A DNA stretch of 63,394 nt, filler included, from Octopus bimaculoides (taxonomy: Eukaryota), in NCBI RefSeq assembly GCF_001194135.2. It is 6 parts of 5 records of this genome, joined end to end, with 100 filler letters (N's around TTAATTAATTAA, not from the genome) between each part and the next. Parts side by side here need not be neighbours in the genome. Positions count along the whole stretch, not along the records: positions 61,131 to 63,394 come from NC_068990.1; 5 more parts are not named here. One strand, 5' to 3'. Each line of letters begins with the position of its first letter. Positions within the stretch are counted from its first letter, which is position 1. The position numbers and the translations under genes are program-made. Below are positions 63,351 through 63,394 of this stretch, one piece after another. The notes under the pieces are model-generated. The model was not told where the DNA came from. It searched no databases and saw nothing but the letters and a program-made list of their open reading frames with translations.

Positions 63351-63394
<44 letters not shown>

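Overview
AT-rich, microsatellite-saturated animal genomic DNA from a gapped draft assembly. The SINE repertoire and repeat landscape look cephalopod (Octopus-like); this is inference from pattern recognition, not a search. Five N-flanked TTAATTAATTAA spacers mark artificial contig joins. I recognise no intact host gene, true tRNA/rRNA gene or CRISPR array; almost all ORF-track entries are translated microsatellites, gaps or decayed transposons. Identifiable content: tRNA-derived SINEs, decayed Tc1/mariner and Chapaev-like DNA transposons, RTE, R4/Dong-like, HERO-like and CR1-like LINE fragments, and two Ty3/Gypsy remnants. The standout is a nested complex at 24982-37212, in one block free of spacers. 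A Ty3/Gypsy provirus (PBS, gag-PR-RT-RH-IN, PPT) holds four copies (E1-E4) of an RT-less element of about 1.5-1.8 kb. Each encodes only an L1/Tx1-ORF1-like protein (RRM-like region, CCHC knuckle, unassigned C-terminal domain). All four share a covarying 3' UTR stem-loop and a 3' tail resembling the local tRNA-SINE tail. E1 and E4 sit at the same site in the two LTRs and share a frameshift, so they were probably copied with the LTR. E3 entered the same LTR site, and E2 split a SINE. Also notable: a tRNA-headed SINE with a minimal hammerhead-like motif, R4-like copies flanked by opposed (GTAT)n/(CATA)n arrays, and a ~152-bp tandem repeat that may be decayed coding sequence. All coordinates and identities were read by eye.
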